DNA of 20,399 nucleotides from Sarea resinae (Eukaryota): NCBI GenBank assembly GCA_026026165.1, contig JAPEUD010000046.1, positions 186,001 to 206,399 of the forward strand, read 5' to 3'. Shown piece by piece: positions 19,895 to 20,399 of this stretch (position 1 is its first letter; each line of letters starts with the position of its first letter). The notes under the pieces were generated by a model. It saw only the letters and a program-made list of their open reading frames with translations, ran no database searches and was not told where the DNA came from. The position numbers and the translations under genes were made by a program.

Positions 19895-20108
19895 ATTCGA
19901 AAAGTCTTGCAAAACCTCGCTTTTTTCGCCGCGGGCTTGATCTCCAACCCTTGAGCAGCGACCTTTCTATGCGACTCGATTGATTCTCTCCTACTGTTGA
20001 TACTGTTCGGGCCTGCTCAACTATCTAGGGTTGCTCAACCTCAGTTAGGGCTACTTTCAACTTGTACCCCCACTGAATCGCCACCGACTGAGCGACTGAG
20101 CGAGCGCG

Positions 20109-20184
20109 CCCCGGGTAACCCCCCGTGGCATCCCCAGGTAACCCCCCGTGGCATCCCCAGGTAACCCCCCGGGTAACCCCCCGT
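20109..20184. repeat. Subtelomeric C-rich minisatellite, 23-bp unit CCCCAGGTAACCCCCCGTGGCAT
   Basis: Two near-identical full units plus two truncated units, giving four GGTAACCCCCC cores. Confidence 0.88.
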
Positions 20185-20201
20185 CATTATTATTATCATC
20201 A

Positions 20202-20273
<72 letters not shown>
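20202..20273. repeat. (TTGTCG)12 microsatellite abutting the telomere
   Basis: Twelve perfect hexamers, preceded by an ATT/ATC triplet run at 20185-20203. Confidence 0.95.
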
Positions 20274-20275
<2 letters not shown>

Positions 20276-20276
<1 letters not shown>

Positions 20277-20399
20277 GGTTAGGGTTAGGGTTAGGGTTAG
20301 GGTTAGGGTTAGGGTTAGGGTTAGGGTTAGGGTTAGGGTTAGGGTTAGGGTTAGGGTTAGGGTTAGGGTTAGGGTTAGGGTTAGGGTTAGGGTTAGGGT
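20276..20399 (+). repeat. Telomere, (TTAGGG)20
   Basis: GGG, then 20 perfect TTAGGG units from 20279, then T, running to the end of the window with the G-rich strand 5'->3' toward the end. Confidence 0.98.

Noticed and set aside
20109..20184. CRISPR-like repeat array
   Set aside because: The context is eukaryotic, the units are tandem without unique spacers, and no cas genes are present.

Overview
Right-hand end of a filamentous ascomycete chromosome, terminating in a (TTAGGG)n telomere. The introns are short, GT-AG, with CTRAY branch sites. Left to right: (1) an intact GT90/CAP10 glycosyltransferase (-). (2) A head-to-head pair 493 bp apart: a 514-aa protein (-) with Rai1/DXO-like PD-(D/E)XK nuclease motifs, and a 2305-aa, 7-exon protein (+) combining a ZNFX1-like SF1 helicase, an NFX1-type Zn finger and three CbbX/SpoVK-type AAA+ modules. 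(3) A disrupted SSL2/XPB pseudogene. (4) A 5' fragment of a secreted NucA/NucB-like gene. (5) A small spliced hypothetical gene. (6) An intact secreted A1 aspartic protease. (7) An AT-rich diverged duplication. (8) A rearranged relic copy of the nuclease-like gene. (9) Short subtelomeric repeats and a (TTGTCG)12 tract joined directly to the telomere. The best candidate for an undescribed system is the nuclease plus helicase-triple-AAA pair, possibly an RNA-sensing or defence module. All family assignments come from motif recognition by eye; no searches were run.
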